Shown: positions 40,936-54,644 of the stretch, piece after piece
Layout of the letters: each line of letters starts with the position of its first letter
How positions within the stretch are numbered: position 1 is the stretch's first letter
Assembly (NCBI GenBank): GCA_964106645.2
Contig: OZ067038.1
Origin: Podarcis pityusensis
Taxonomy: Eukaryota
Direction: 5' to 3' (one strand)
Length of the DNA stretch: 64,000 nucleotides
Program-made: the position numbers and the translations under genes
Notes under the pieces: generated by a model
Database searches by the model: none
Seen by the model: only the letters and a program-made list of their open reading frames with translations
What the model was told of the DNA's origin: nothing

Positions 40936-42474
40936 GTGAGTAAACCCTCTTCTCTTTATATGTGCAGGTGTAGAAATGAAATTTTTAAAAATCTCTCCAG
41001 ACAGGCATTTGGATTTCTATTCCAGTTTGATATGGATTTGTAACAGTTTGATTTAAATCTGAATTTCTGGAATGTTTTATTGGTTAATATTTTTATTTAT
41101 TTGCATGACACTTTTCAGAAGCAGCAAAATTAAAAAGTTAATACATTAAATAAGCAGAAATAATCTGCTTAATAACCTGTAAAGCCATGCCATTTTATCC
41201 TTGAGATGAACACTAATATACTGTTTAACTTGGGTGCAACTTCTGAACATCCTTTTTTCCATTCAAATACCAAACCTCCCCCCCACCCTGCAGTTTTTCC
41301 AAGAGCTTATTAATATAACAATGCAAAATGTCAAGGAGCACTCCCAAGTTCTCATCGAAATCTTACTTTTATCTCAAAATTAATTATAACTTCCTTTTAA
41401 GTAATACAGACTGTTTCTTTGTAATACATTTTAAGAGTTTGCTTGAGAGATGAAATTACAAAGGTCAATTTTGATCAATTCATGTCAGCAAATGGGGAAT
41501 GTGCATAATCTTTTTAAAAAAGATTATATGAGATGCAATTTAAGAAATCCTAATTCCTTGAGTGAAGGTCCCCGCGACCAAAAAGGAGCAATAGCCTGCT
41601 TGGCATAATTGGTCTACATTCCAAACATACATGTGTTTGTGTCTCATTACTAAAAGCAATCAAGTATGAATTTGAAAATAAATAATGAGAATATTGAAAC
41701 TCTATGTAGTAAGTCTAAATGAACGCAGAAACACATGATGCTACCTCATAGTAAATTAGACCAGTGGTACCATTTATGCTGACTGGCAGCAGCACTCCAA
41801 GACCTCAGGCCTTGTGTGAAAATTGTTATTTGCCTATTTGCCCATTTCCTTCACTTATTCATTGCCAGTCCCTCACTCCTAAAGCAGCTTTCCCAAGAGC
41901 AAAAAAGGAAGTCACTGGGCTACTGATACATGCTTTTTGGTATAACATGTAGGTTGCTGTTGAAAAAGCAGCCAGAACTGAGAGGAAAGGAAAGCTTACA
42001 CAATGCATACAGCCTCAGAGTTTTCCTAAGGGACAACAACAAATATAGCTTCCTGCACGGAGGTTCAGTTCTCTTTCTGATAGCTTAAAGGAGATACTGT
42101 GCATGCAGACGTCATGGTGGTGCATTATTACAGCACACTGTGGTGGAATCTACACGTGCAACTCTCCACAAGTGTGAGGAATTCAATATTGGTCTAAGGC
42201 GATTGTTCTGTCACAGCAAACATTTTGCCAAATAGAATGATTCCCCCTCTTCTGCCCCTGCATGCTGTTCTGGGAATTCTCTCAACCTCGAAACAATTTC
42301 AGGGGATATGTGGGGCATAGGGAGGAGAGAGGGGAAAGCCCCATTGTGCAAGTGGAATCCTGGCCCCTGCATTTACCTCAAGATTCGCTCACATAGTGGG
42401 ACAAGATCTGGCTACGCTGCCAAAGGGCACATTGTGCAAAAGCTGCTTGAATCATGAAGCTGAATAAGCCTCAC

Positions 42475-42576
42475 CTGAGAAAAAAATGATCTGTTCATTT
42501 GTTCCTGTAAGGCTTGCTTCAGCTGGTGTACATCTTTTTCCAGTTTCAGATATTCATTCCAGGCATTTTCCATTTC
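42475..42576 (-). CDS. PLEKHA7: PLEKHA7 coiled-coil exon: EMENAWNEYLKLEKDVHQLKQALQEQMNRSFFSQ
   Basis: 102 nt; caacag| and |gtgagg. Confidence 0.95.
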
Positions 42577-43417
42577 CTGTTGGCAAAGACAAAATATTCA
42601 GCTTTATCCTTTTATCCCCACCATCCTGTGTGTGTGGTGGGTCCATATGGATTCCCCACCCTTAGAGAAAGATGGAACCTGAGGTGTTCCTGAATGCTCT
42701 GGGAGACTGAATATACCCCCCCACCTATGTTTTTAGCTGTTTCAGTTTTGTCTGTAAGTCACCTTGAGTCCCTCTCAGAGAAAAAGGCAGGATGATGATG
42801 ATATTTCCCAGTGGATAAAGCTAATGAGCCTGTCAAAGCCCTGATCTCGCTATGCTCCCACATGTCCTCTCCAGCACTATGGAGCCAGAGTAACATCTTG
42901 GTATTCTGGGGAGCTCCAGGATATGAAACAAGCCAAAGACTAGAGCACAACTAATGCAGGCCTCACTTTAAAGCTGATGGGACACTGTTCAGAGCACATA
43001 ATTGTGTTTACCATGCAGCAGTATCAGCTGTGAAGGTTCATTTTGCAGTTTGCATTGCATCCTCTAGAAGGCGGCTGATGAAGTTCTTTTAGATAGTTCA
43101 GAGGTTACTGACTCACATTGTGGGGAGGAACATCTGGAACATTTGAGGACCCACTGGGATCAACTGGCTACACACTCTAAAGATAAAGTCTCTAGAGTTC
43201 AGAGTGATATTGACTCTGCAATTGTTGCCACTCTGGTTGACGTAACCAGTGCCAGAATCAATGATGTGTTGTGAGTTCAGTTTCAGCTGCCCTCTGGACC
43301 CCTATCCCTCCTGGCTTATTAAATCTAGCAGAGGGGGGTCTGACTGGTTGGGTCTAGAGCATCATTAATGCTTCACTGTGTGAGATGATGCTCCCCAATG
43401 CCTTGAAAGATATTTGT

Positions 43418-43968
43418 GTGGCAGCACCCAAACTTTGGAACTCCCTGCCTATTGACATCAGTCACGCACTTCATGGTACTGTTTTCGGTGCCTGCTAAAA
43501 ACATATTTGTTTAGGAAAACCTATTCAGAAAACTAGAATGCTGACATGAGTTTTAATCTGGTTTTTAGCTTATTGTTGATTATAATTATTTTTTCAATGT
43601 TTTAAATAGTTGTTTTAAACTGCTTTTCACTGATAATTTATTGTTTCATTCTTTTTGTAAACCGTTTTGAGGTTTTAGTACAATTAAGCAGTACAGTGGT
43701 ACCTCGGGTTACAGAGGCCTCAAGTTACAGACTCCGCTAACCCAGAAATAGTACCTCGGGTTAAGAACTTTGCTTCAGGATGAGAACAGAAATCATGCTC
43801 TGGTGGTGCGGCAGCAGCTGGAGGCCGCATTAGCTAAAGTGGTGCTTCAGGTTAAGAACAGTTTCAGGTTAAGAACGGACCTCCAGAACGAATTAAGTAC
43901 TTAACCCGAGGTACCACTGTATTTACATCTTGTGAAATACATAAACAAACAAACAAACAAACAAACAA
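43418..43968 (+). mobile_element. L2-like LINE 3' end with (AAAC)n tail, interrupted by a MITE
   Basis: AAPKLWNSLP-like terminal coding motif, AT-rich 3'UTR and microsatellite tail. Confidence 0.7.
43694..43919. mobile_element. Tc1/mariner MITE, subfamily A, opposite orientation to the 6041 and 28742 copies; inserted in a LINE tail
   Basis: Perfect TIRs cagtggtacctcgggtta / taacccgaggtaccactg; TA TSD; interior is the reverse complement of 28742-28959. Confidence 0.92.
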
Positions 43969-44339
43969 TAAAAGATATAAAATGCTGCAGGTTGATCTAA
44001 GCATTAAAGCAACTACTTTATGCTGTTTATACCAAAAACAAATATACTTTAGCTTACGAAACTATGCATTCTTACTTGGAAATTACACCCACTGAAACTT
44101 ATGAGGCATTATTCTAAGCATATAAGAAAAGACTGGGCCTAAAGAAAATTTACTATGGCTTTGGATTCACTGGCTCCAAAACCTTGAGGATCCCTGAAGA
44201 GCTCAACTCTGGAAGTACTATAGCAATTTTTAAAAAACGAACCCATTTCAGTGGGTCTGCCATGAAAATAGAATTAAAATGACTGAACACTAAAATATTT
44301 GTCTATAAGTTAACTTTTGTATCTCTAGGAATTACTTAC

Positions 44340-44489
44340 TGTAGATACTTTGGATATTTCTGCCCGAATATGTACGAGATCCTCCTGCAAAAGTTTCTGC
44401 TGGTATGAAATCTTTTCTGTGTGCTGTGGTTGGTCTTTGTATTGTTCCATCTGCCTATGCAGCACTTCCAGGACAGATTCCAACTGATC
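44340..44489 (-). CDS. PLEKHA7: PLEKHA7 coiled-coil exon: DQLESVLEVLHRQMEQYKDQPQHTEKISYQQKLLQEDLVHIRAEISKVST
   Basis: 150 nt; ctacag| and |gtaagt. Confidence 0.96.
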
Positions 44490-45110
44490 CTGTAGAAGAT
44501 TTAAAAGATATTGAAAAGCAACACATCAGCAAATTTAAAACAAATTTATACACATATCTAACTGACCTTTAGCCCTGGAAATATATATGCATATTATCTG
44601 AGGGAGATATGCATAGGATTGTGCTGTTATTTTCTTTTTACCATATTATTAACCTCAAATCAACCTTAGTTCTTGTTCACTTTTATTCTATGTTATTAAT
44701 GATGCTACCAGCATCTACTATCGTCCTCATTTGGTTAGATAAGGATCAGAAAACAGAATTTAGCTACTCAATGCAATATTACAACATGGGAAATTTCAGA
44801 CCTCATCTCCAAAAAGTTGATTACGGACAGCAGTTATCAACCATTGTTGACCTCTGCCTTGATCATTCTAATTCCAATTCCATACCCAGCAGCTGGGCTT
44901 GCAAGCAAAACATGGTGTGACATCTATTTGCCAAATCACTGTATTTTAATAATGCATCCTATTTTCATCTCAGCCCTGTTCCCATCAATGAACACAGCAG
45001 TTGAGCATACTATCCAAAATAAGCAATTGCAGTAACTACAGTGATTGCCATATTTTACTGCAAAACCTGTTAGAGAAACAAGGCAATGGAGGGATTGCAA
45101 TACTATTTAC

Positions 45111-45191
45111 TTTATTTTCCTTCAGGGCTCTTATTTTGTCTTCTAGGTCTTGTAGAATCCTGTCTTGTTCACACAGAACACTTAGTTTCAC
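45111..45191 (-). CDS. PLEKHA7: PLEKHA7 coiled-coil exon: VKLSVLCEQDRILQDLEDKIRALKENK
   Basis: 81 nt; ttgtag| and |gtaaat; 100-nt upstream intron. Confidence 0.95.
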
Positions 45192-45291
45192 CTACAAACA
45201 AGAATGTATATAAAAAAAGATTAGAATAATAAAACAGAACTGGATTCATCAGGACAACTGCATCCTCAGTAAAATTATGCTTTATTCTTAC

Positions 45292-45360
45292 ATCAATATC
45301 ACTTTCTCCAATCCTGATGGGTTTCGCATTTCGTTCTTTTATTGTATCACGCCCTGTTAC
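45292..45360 (-). CDS. PLEKHA7: PLEKHA7 exon: VTGRDTIKERNAKPIRIGESDID
   Basis: 69 nt; ttttag| and |gtaaga. Confidence 0.93.
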
Positions 45361-46635
45361 CTAAAAAATAAAAAATAAAGATTTGAAAGTAAAATTAAAA
45401 GTTGGTCATAAACAAAAAAGGTCTGGAGAAAACTTTACTAATTCCCTCTATATTTTAAGATTATTTAAGGAGGAATCTAAGCTCCTTGGGAGGCAGAAGG
45501 GCCTCTGGATGCTGTGGACGTAGAGGGTAGTCTGCAGATGGAGGAGGAGGACTGCAACCAGAGGTCTCCTTAGTGCAGCAGCAGCAAGGTCTGTCGCCAT
45601 TACTTTGACAGTAGTAGGAGAAGAAAAGAGCTTATTGAGACAGATCCAAGAGGCCTTGGACACATAGGATCTACAGATTTCCCATTCTCCCAATAAGACA
45701 GAAAAACTACACCAGCCCTGAAGCTACCACAGTTATTTTCCTGCCCATTGAAACCAATAGAAATTTTTGTTTTGTTTGTTTTTTAATAGCAAAATGAAGG
45801 GAGGGGAAAAGAAAGAAGCCACCCACTATCATCTCCCGTGGGCAGCCAGCATAAGCCTGGTAGGGCTTAGGAAGGAGCAGATTCTTCACCACAGATATAT
45901 CCCCAAATGATGATGTTGCCTACACTAGTAGTATTACAAATATCTTATATAAAATTTGGGATCTTTTAAAATATGGTTGTTTAATTTACCTTTAAAGTTT
46001 TATAGCAGCAATGTGAATTCTTAACAAACGGGGCAAAGTCAGCATTATTTATATCTTCACGCATTCTATGATTCTTATACAAAATTTCTAAACAAATCCA
46101 TTTTATATTAACACAGCACAGCAGATTTTGCTGGATTACATCCTCCCAGCACTAATTCTTTGATTTCTTAATGCTGAAAATTAAACATCAGTGGTTCTAT
46201 TTCAAAGGTTAGGTTTCTTGGGCTTTTTTCAAAAACACATTGTTTTAAATTGTTTTAATACCCATAAATGTCACCAGTTCTTTGCTGGTATAGCAGCCTG
46301 ATATATTGACCCTGATCCAAAGTGTTTCAGGGAGGATCCACATGCACAACAATTCTTTCAAATTTGGTTGGGTTCCAAATGATAAACTTCCTTATGCAAA
46401 AAATGTTCACCTGCAATATGCTGCTGGTAGCTGGAAGAGAAATACTGACCCTATAAGGTGTTAAGTTCCTGCACTATACAGGATAAAAAGAGCAATGGAT
46501 GGATGCGATGAATGGATGGATGGACCCAGCATTGTGAGCAGACCCACAGAAAAGCGGGGGGGGGGGTAGTAGAGACAGGAGTGGAATGTGCAACCATCCT
46601 AACAGATCAGACAAAATTCTCAAGTGAATAGAATA

Positions 46636-46876
46636 TAGTGGTACCTTGGTTTACAAACTTAATCCGTTACGGAAGTCAGTTCTTAAACCGAAACGGTTCT
46701 TAAACCAAGACGCGCTTTCCCTAATGAGGTTTCTTGCCGCTGGTGCCCTTCCACTGTTCGGCTTCCGTTCTTAGACCGAGGTAAAGTTTGCAAACTGGGA
46801 CACTACTTCCAGTTTTGTGGAGTTCGTAACTTGAATAGTTCATAAACAGGGCTGTTCTTAAACCGAGGTACCAGTG
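46636..46876. mobile_element. Tc1/mariner MITE, related subfamily
   Basis: TA|tagtggtaccttggttt...aaaccgaggtaccagtg|TA. Confidence 0.8.
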
Positions 46877-48432
46877 TATATGTTTGGCCTACAACATGGT
46901 TATAGCCCTATAGCTCTTGTCTAAGAGCTGCATTCCCTTCTGGCCAACATTTCAAGGGAGACATGCAGCAATGAGCAGGGCTAGAGGCAAAAGCGAATGG
47001 AACAATGAATGTTAATTTTATATCTGTACACTAGGCTAGCCCCATGCCCCGCCCCCTCCTCCCGGCAATCTCTTTATCACCCATCCAGGCAAGCAAGAGG
47101 CATTATCAGAGTTCAAGGACACATTCCAGCCACACAAAATACTTGGGGCGTGAAGCAGGGCCAGTGAGGGGTGTGGCTGGAGGAGACTTCCAAGGGTCAG
47201 ATATGAGGGCCTGGAGGGAAGCATTCAATCCCAGGTCTGAGGTTCCTCACGCCTCGTCTGTAACAAATCTGGTGCCACAAGAAGTGTTTCCCAGTTTCTC
47301 AGCACATGCACCCATGTACATATATGTATATTTACATATTTCACGAATGCTACATACAAAACCCAAACAAGAAATGTAATAATGAATGTTACTGGGTTGT
47401 TGTTTTTTACAACTGAAATATATTTTTATTTTCACCACATGAAATCACCTCAGGGGCCAAGCCATCATGATTTACCCAAAGGATATGAAAATGATATTTA
47501 ACTCTTGAGGCAGAAGACAGTAGTTAGTATAACGGCTAAGAGAACAAGTAGTCAGCCAGAAAATGTCTTGTTCAAAACTCACCTTCTGCATTATTACACT
47601 AGGTAGACTTATAAAAGGTACTGTTTCAGCTGCAGCCATGTGACTGCAAGGTGGTGTAATAATTCTGACCTTCCGTATAAGATCGTTACAAAGTTTACTG
47701 AGAAAAATGTATGTGAAGCCTTTGAACATTCAGAAGGCGCTATAAAAAAGCTGGAATTATTATTAGTACTATTATTAGTTCTATTTACCATTCATGACTA
47801 TTTGTCACAGCTCCATCTTCAAGTTCCCATCATTGTAAACTGATAAAATGGAAACCAAATAATCAAATACAGGAGGGCTTATTGCCTTTTGGCAATATTT
47901 AGATTTAGGTTTTTTTTTATTGCAGTAAAGCACCATTTCCTTTTAAACTGCCACCTAGAATATTGTGTGGATTTAAAACTTTCTAAGATAAGCAACACAT
48001 ACTATATATTGGTATAACAGAATGTAAGTAATCAGTATAACAACAAATATGCAAGCAAGGGAACTGATCTGAAATCTAAAAGGTATACAGTGCACAGTGA
48101 GCCAAGGAAAAAATATGCAATTATATCATATAACAGTACACGTAAAATCAACTCATTGTCAAAGCAGCAAAATCAAAACAAAATTAGCATGCTTCTGTAT
48201 TTTCATAATTATAGAAATGGAATCACCACTAGTTTCCAACACATGAGAAAATAAAATCAAGCAGTACTGTGCCAGCCATAATATTGCACAAAGCCTCCAA
48301 AAACACACATCTTGCAGAAAGCTGTGGTGTCGTATGTATCATGAGACACCTGTGGATGCTTAGCCATTTAAACATTGACTGCCATTGAAGAAAGCAATGG
48401 AATGGTTACATTTCCGTTACAGGCACTCTTAC

Positions 48433-48513
48433 ATTTATACTGGATAGTAACCCTTGTGCTGAGCTCTTTAGAACTTTGTAAACCATGTTGATCAGAGGTC
48501 CATTATTTTTTAT
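48433..48513 (-). CDS. PLEKHA7: PLEKHA7 cassette exon: IKNNGPLINMVYKVLKSSAQGLLSSIN
   Basis: 81 nt, phase 0/0; aaacag| and |gtaaga; resembles recalled PLEKHA5/7 long-isoform exon (K.NEP.I.MV). Confidence 0.82.
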
Positions 48514-48768
48514 CTGTTTCAAACAAAATTTTAATACATATCTTGTTATAGAGGAAAAATTGACACTAGAAGCCAATAAACAACAAAACAGGAAAATAAA
48601 AATATATGTATACTATTATTTTTAGCAGCATTACTTCTCCTTGCTGCAGTTCAACACTCCATAGTTAGTTGACTAACACACATTTCTTGGAAACTGGAGT
48701 GGTGGGAGGGACAGGTGGTGGTGGTGGAGACGTAAAAGCATTTTTTGCTTCTCATGTGCTCTTTTCCC

Positions 48769-49690
48769 AAGTTTGCTGATGATACTAAGTAATTCAGGGT
48801 TATTGAAACAAAAACAGATTGTGAAGAGCTCCAAAAGGATATCTCCAAACTGAATGAATGGGTGTCAAAATGGAAAATGCAAATCAATGTAAATGCTCCA
48901 AAGATTCTTTGCAGCAAAAAATATTTATTTTACATCTACACTTATATGGTCTGAACTGGTAGTGAATGACCAGGAGGAAGACCTTGGGGTCATAGTCAAT
49001 AGCTGAATGAAGATGTAAATCCAGTGTGTGGCAGCTGTGAAAAAGGCAAATTCCAAGCTAGGGATCATTAGGAAATGAACTGAAAATAAAACTGATATCA
49101 TAATACAAATCTATGGTGTGACTGCCTTTGGAATACTGTGTACAGTTCTTGTCTCCTCACCTCAAAAATGATATTGTAGAGTTGGAACAGGTTCAGAAAA
49201 GGGCAACCAAAAAGATCAAGGAGATGGAGCAGCTCCCCCAAGAGAAAAGGTTGCACTATATGGGACTTTAGAAAAAGGTGAATAAGTAGTGACATGGTTG
49301 AAGTTTATAAAATTATGAATGGCATGGAGAAAGTGGAGAGAGAAAAGTTTCTCTCTCGCACATAACCTTGGAACTCATGGACATCCAAGGAAGCTGAATG
49401 TTGGAAGATTCAGGACACATAAAAGAAAGGATTTCTTCACGTAGCACGTAGTTAACTCTGGAACTCGCAGTGATAGTCATCAACTTGGTTGGCTTTAGAA
49501 AAGGGTTAGAAAAATTCTTAGATAAGTCTATCAATGTCTATTAGCCATAATGGAAGCTATTCTCTGCTTTCATGGTCAAAGGAAGTACTATGGTTCTGAA
49601 TACCAGTCCCTAGAAACCAGAGAGTGTGCTCTTTTGCTCAACTCCTGCTTGCATCTGTATGTTCTGATTGCTGGCATAACAGTTAAGAAA
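48769..49690 (+). mobile_element. CR1 LINE 3' fragment (decayed reverse transcriptase)
   Basis: KFADDTK motif; DLGV; LEYCVQF; LEQVQKRATK remnants with stops and frameshifts; right boundary approximate. Confidence 0.88.
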
Positions 49691-50751
49691 TTCAGGGCAT
49701 TAGGCTTATCTACCAACCTCCTCCAATGAATGAATAAAGAAAACATGATTTGTGTGCATTATTTGTGTCCTTGTGTCTAAACACTGGGAAGGCATGGAAG
49801 CACAGAGTCTTTAGCAACAAAACATACCTCCTACTACCAGTGCATACAAATATTGGGGACTCCCTCTTCCTTCCACCAAATATCCAAAACTTGCAGAGGG
49901 AGAGGATGAAAGAAGAACAGGCTGAAAGGGAGCAGATGGCCACAATCCCTACAGACTGAATGCAAAGGTGAGAAAGGGAACTGGACTCTCAGGGCTTCTA
50001 AGGCTAGTCTTCCTCTTCAAATGACCCTTTTGGTGGCCCTTCATCACTGAAAGGATCCTGGAAGGAAGAATTATTAGCCTTGGAGGATATGGCACCATAT
50101 CAAAGCCCAGATCACCCCAGGATCCCTTCAGCAGCAAGAGGACTGCCATGGGGTGCATGCTATCCAAACCTGAAGGATATTGTTGCAGATAAAATGTGAT
50201 TGCAGCCTCTCTAGATTATTTGTAGGTAATTACTTGTATATTCTACTTCCTTTTCCTTTCCTCTTCTACATTCTGAGTGCTTTGATACTGCTGTGATGAC
50301 AATATACAGCAGGCAAGCCTCAGATTAACAGCTCAAGAGAGTATCTCAGGCTAACTTGAATTTGCCTTGATTTAGGAGCTGAATTTATTCTTATTTATTT
50401 ATTTATTTAAAAGGTTTTCAAGTTTTACAATTACACCTTTTTCTATTCTTATACAGTAATTCTATTTGACTTCCCATCTAGCATTCTATGACAGATCTTT
50501 TTACATCTTGATTGGCTGCATATACATTAATTCCTTCACCTTATTTTCCATACCTTCATGTCTTTAATATTGTCAACTGTTGGTCACAAAGTAGGAACTG
50601 AATTTATTCTATGCAGCATATCATCCAAAGCATTATTTCAAACTCCACCAACAAAAATTAGTGGCTACCAAGGAACTATAAACTTAACATTTACAGGATC
50701 ACTCATGCTGCAGCTGCTTTTAAAGCAACACTCTTCAAAACATACCGTACC

Positions 50752-50896
50752 CAGTGCTTTTTTTCTTAAAAAATGTTTAGGAGTACTCTCATTTACCTAC
50801 TCATATTGAAATACTGCCCCTCAATGAGGACAAACTTAGATTCACAAAATGTTTAGGGGTATGCGTACCCCTGTGTATCCCCAGAAAAAAGCACTG
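50752..50896. mobile_element. hAT-type MITE (cagtgctttttt TIR family)
   Basis: cagtgcttttttct...agaaaaaagcactg; TSD accgtacc / actgtacc. Confidence 0.85.
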
Positions 50897-52933
50897 ACTG
50901 TACCTAATGCATAAACACAGAAAACAAGAACCATTACAAGACTCAACAGTTACCTTAATATTCCATCATCAGAATAACTGCATGTTACATGAAATGCTGC
51001 CTATGCTAGCCAATATATATACATACAAAATATATAGAATATTTTAAAGAGGTGAATGTTAGGTATTTAACATTAACTATCTTTAGAATTTAAGACTGCA
51101 ATCCTATGCTTACTTCCATGGGAGCAGGTTCCATGGAACTCAATACAACTTATTTCTGAGTGGTAATGTATGAGGTTGCACTAGAAAAGTAATGGTCATC
51201 TAAATCAGATCATTACAATCTGTTATCATTCAGACATGGTTTTCCTGAGCCTATCTGCTTTCTACTTGAGAGACACAATAGTATGGATATGTTAGGATTT
51301 TTAGGTATTCAGGATTTTTGGAGAGCACACTGCAGTGATCCAGCCTGGAGGTTTACAAGGCATAGATGACTGTGGCAAGATAAGCTTTTCGTGGAAGGTG
51401 ATGCAGCCACACCAGCAGGAATTGATGAAAAGTATATCTGGCCATAAATACCATTTTCAGAACTTTAAATGGTCCGGAAAATGAATCAGTTTATTAACTG
51501 AGACTTATACCAAACATATTATTTCAGTACTTAAACATCTTCACTGGGTTTCAGTTTGTTTCTGGGCACAATTCAAAATACTGTTGATCCACAGAACACT
51601 ATGTGGTCAAAGACCAAGATCTAAAGGACTGCCTTCTCAGGTATGAATTTAATTGTTTGGTGAAGTTTCTCTGGGTGTTAATGGCTCGTGTCTACAGATT
51701 AAATAGGATGCTACCAAGGATTTCCTCTATAGAATACTCTTCTCCAGAAACATCTGTATAGCATCTACTCTGCTGTTTTTTGAGCACCAAGTTAAATCTG
51801 TTTTGTTTACACAATCTTTTGGTGAGAATAAATTTGGAAATGTTTTCCTACTACCTTTAAACACTATTTAGTTAACTGCTGCTGTATCTGTTTTGTTCTG
51901 TTTAATTCATATGTGTTATGTTTTCGTTTCTTTCATATCGTACTGTTGAACTGTATTTTTTTAAAAATAAAAATAAAAAGCTGTGTCTCATCCACTTACC
52001 TTCAAGCAGAGAACAACAACTTCAAAATGGAACCTTCTATCTTGGAATACTTAAAAAAAATAAACCTTTCAAATATGTCTTTGTTTTTTTATGTGCAGTC
52101 CAGAAACTCTATGAAAATGTATTGCTTTGGGGCCTCCATCTGCTCTGACCGGGGCAAATATCATTATGACTATGTTCCCAGATACAATGCTACATTTGAA
52201 CTATGGTTAGGGAACTAGTAACAGGCTATAGGCATGTGCCTTTTCTATTTTCTATATTCTTCCCCTTTGCAAACAATTTTACCCTGCCACCCTTAACTGT
52301 GGGTTTTAATTAGGTCTGTACGGAGAATATTGCAAACAAATAGCTTCAAATGACAGTTGAACAAATAGCTTCAAATGCCAGTTTTAATGCTGGCATTTAT
52401 ATTTTATTATTAATGTGAACTACATTGTTAGTGTTTTGAGTTATTAGGAGCTGCCTTTGGAATTGATAGCAAATAAGGTAATACAAATATTGTAAACAAA
52501 TAAGTGAATAAATAATTATTAGTAAAACAGGCAGTTTTTAGCAGAAATAGAATTAAAGAGTAAGAAGCAAGCACTACCATCTGTTTATTAGCAGCTGATA
52601 ATATTGAGCCCCTGGCACAAATATGTTGTGACATGGGGGTGCAGTAGAAGGGGGAACTGGCAAAAATACATTTCCTTGCATGAGTGGATGTGCCTTCAAG
52701 TAGTGCATGAGGCTCTCTGATTTTCTCCAAAATAAAGAGGCTGTTTTGATGTCATGTTATACTGTATATCCAGTGTATTTTACATTTAAAATTTACTCCA
52801 GTTACAGAAAAAAGAAATCAGAATATCGAAGGATTGATAACTGATACCATAACATAAATACACTAATGAGGGTTGTATATAGAGGATAGATCAACTGTAA
52901 AATACTAGAATATTTTATACGAACATGTTTTAC

Positions 52934-52987
52934 CTTCAAATCCAAATATTCAAGATCTTTCTTCAGCTGGATGTAGGTATCATCAGC
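52934..52987 (-). CDS. PLEKHA7: PLEKHA7 exon: ADDTYIQLKKDLEYLDLK
   Basis: 54 nt; ttacag| and |gtaaaa; matches human. Confidence 0.95.
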
Positions 52988-54139
52988 CTGTAAATGGAAG
53001 TACATAAAAAGAATATAGAACAATCTATTGCAATACTGAACTCTGTAACTAACTAGCAAGTACTTCTGGGAACTTCTGCTAAAGCATATACATGATAAAC
53101 TAGCTATCTAGGAAGACTTATCATTAACACACTGATGTTTATGGTTGAATGACAAATGAATACAGTGCATCAATGGCAGCACATCATCTTCATCAACCTT
53201 ACAAACATCAAGATCACAGATTATTTTCCTTTCTACGCAGTTAGCTAACATGCAGGGCTATCAAAATCACTTGTACATTTAAAATTATTTTAAATTATCG
53301 AGACCTTTTTATGAGGAAGACATGAAAACATCTTCATTAAATTCACCATGTAAAATTTTTCCTTGATAGAAGTATTAATTGTTTAATTTTTTTATCAATG
53401 TATCTATCACTTTCATCTAATTAGTGTAACTGATGGACAAAATATTTTTAGTTTTAGTTTTCAAATAATATACAGAGACGACTACTATTTCATGCTCCAT
53501 GAGGCACATCTTTGTAACACAAATGATTTTATCCTAAACTACAAACTAAAGCTCCTAGCTTAAAACTATCAAATCTGATAATAATTATTCATTCAAAGTA
53601 GAGTTATTGTTATACTGCTGCCTTTGATTGTTACTGGTATATGGTGCAAAAAGACAACTAGATTATGATAAACTAATGGACACACAAATAGCTGACACAA
53701 TGCTGAGCCAATACAGATACCCTCTCTAGTTCCTTAATATATTTCAGTTTGAAGGGGAGTGGGGTGGGGACAAGCAGCATGTGGTGAATTAAGCCACTTC
53801 CATCAAGAATGAGTGGAAAAGCTTACTTTTTTCAGCCAAAATTAATAAATCTGCAAGTTAGTAAGCTTGCCTCTTGAACGGATTTTTAAGGCAACAATCA
53901 CAAAAACGAACATCAAAGCAAAATAATAGCAGTTATTTATATGCAACAGCATCCTATAGTTAAAAAAATGCTTACAATCTCCAGCACATGCCAGAGCAAA
54001 GTAAAACTATGAATGAACTGGGGACTTGAACATACTGAAGAATGGGCAAGAAAGCACAGACTTGAGCATGGTACCAGTGAAGCACTTGCAGAGTCACAGA
54101 ATATCATATACAGCACAAATGAGCCAATCAGCAGCTGAC

Positions 54140-54259
54140 CTGGTAAGAGGAATTAGTTGGCAAGTGCTGTAGTAATTGGGCGATTGTGTAATTTCGTATA
54201 CTAGCCAACTTAGCCTGATGTCTCCTTAATCGAATGAGAAGCAATGTTAGCTCTTCAGG
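54140..54259 (-). CDS. PLEKHA7: PLEKHA7 cassette exon: PEELTLLLIRLRRHQAKLASIRNYTIAQLLQHLPTNSSYQ
   Basis: 120 nt, phase 0/0; ctacag| and |gtcagc; resembles the PEELTLLLIKLRRQQAEL exon of PLEKHA5. Confidence 0.88.
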
Positions 54260-54644
54260 CTGTAGGTATTTGGACACATTGTAAAGAGGAAATTAGCAGT
54301 TTTCAGGGAGAGTCACTGTAGCTATAATTCTTCACCTAAGGTGCCCAGAAAATGTATATTTGACACAGTTAAGCAACCAGTTTGTATTTTTGTCTTTGAT
54401 TGGAATATTGTACTTTAATGTCAGAAAACACAAAAGCAAATTCCATGAACAGTTCCGCTTATAATGACTTCAATGGCAGTTGAACGTAGGCCACATTTAG
54501 AGCCAGGAAGTTCAAGTTACTTGATTCCGTTAACAAGACATGAAAAATCAATAAAGAGTGTTTTGGACTCAGACATCCTTAGAAGTTCTAGTAAATTCAG
54601 CTGGTACATAGAAGGGGAAGGAAACTAGAAATGCTTATACGTAC

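Noticed and set aside
53976-54139. Alternative downstream donor ATT|GTAAGC extending the PEELT exon into a stop (poison isoform)
   Set aside because: Only a single donor-like motif; no independent support
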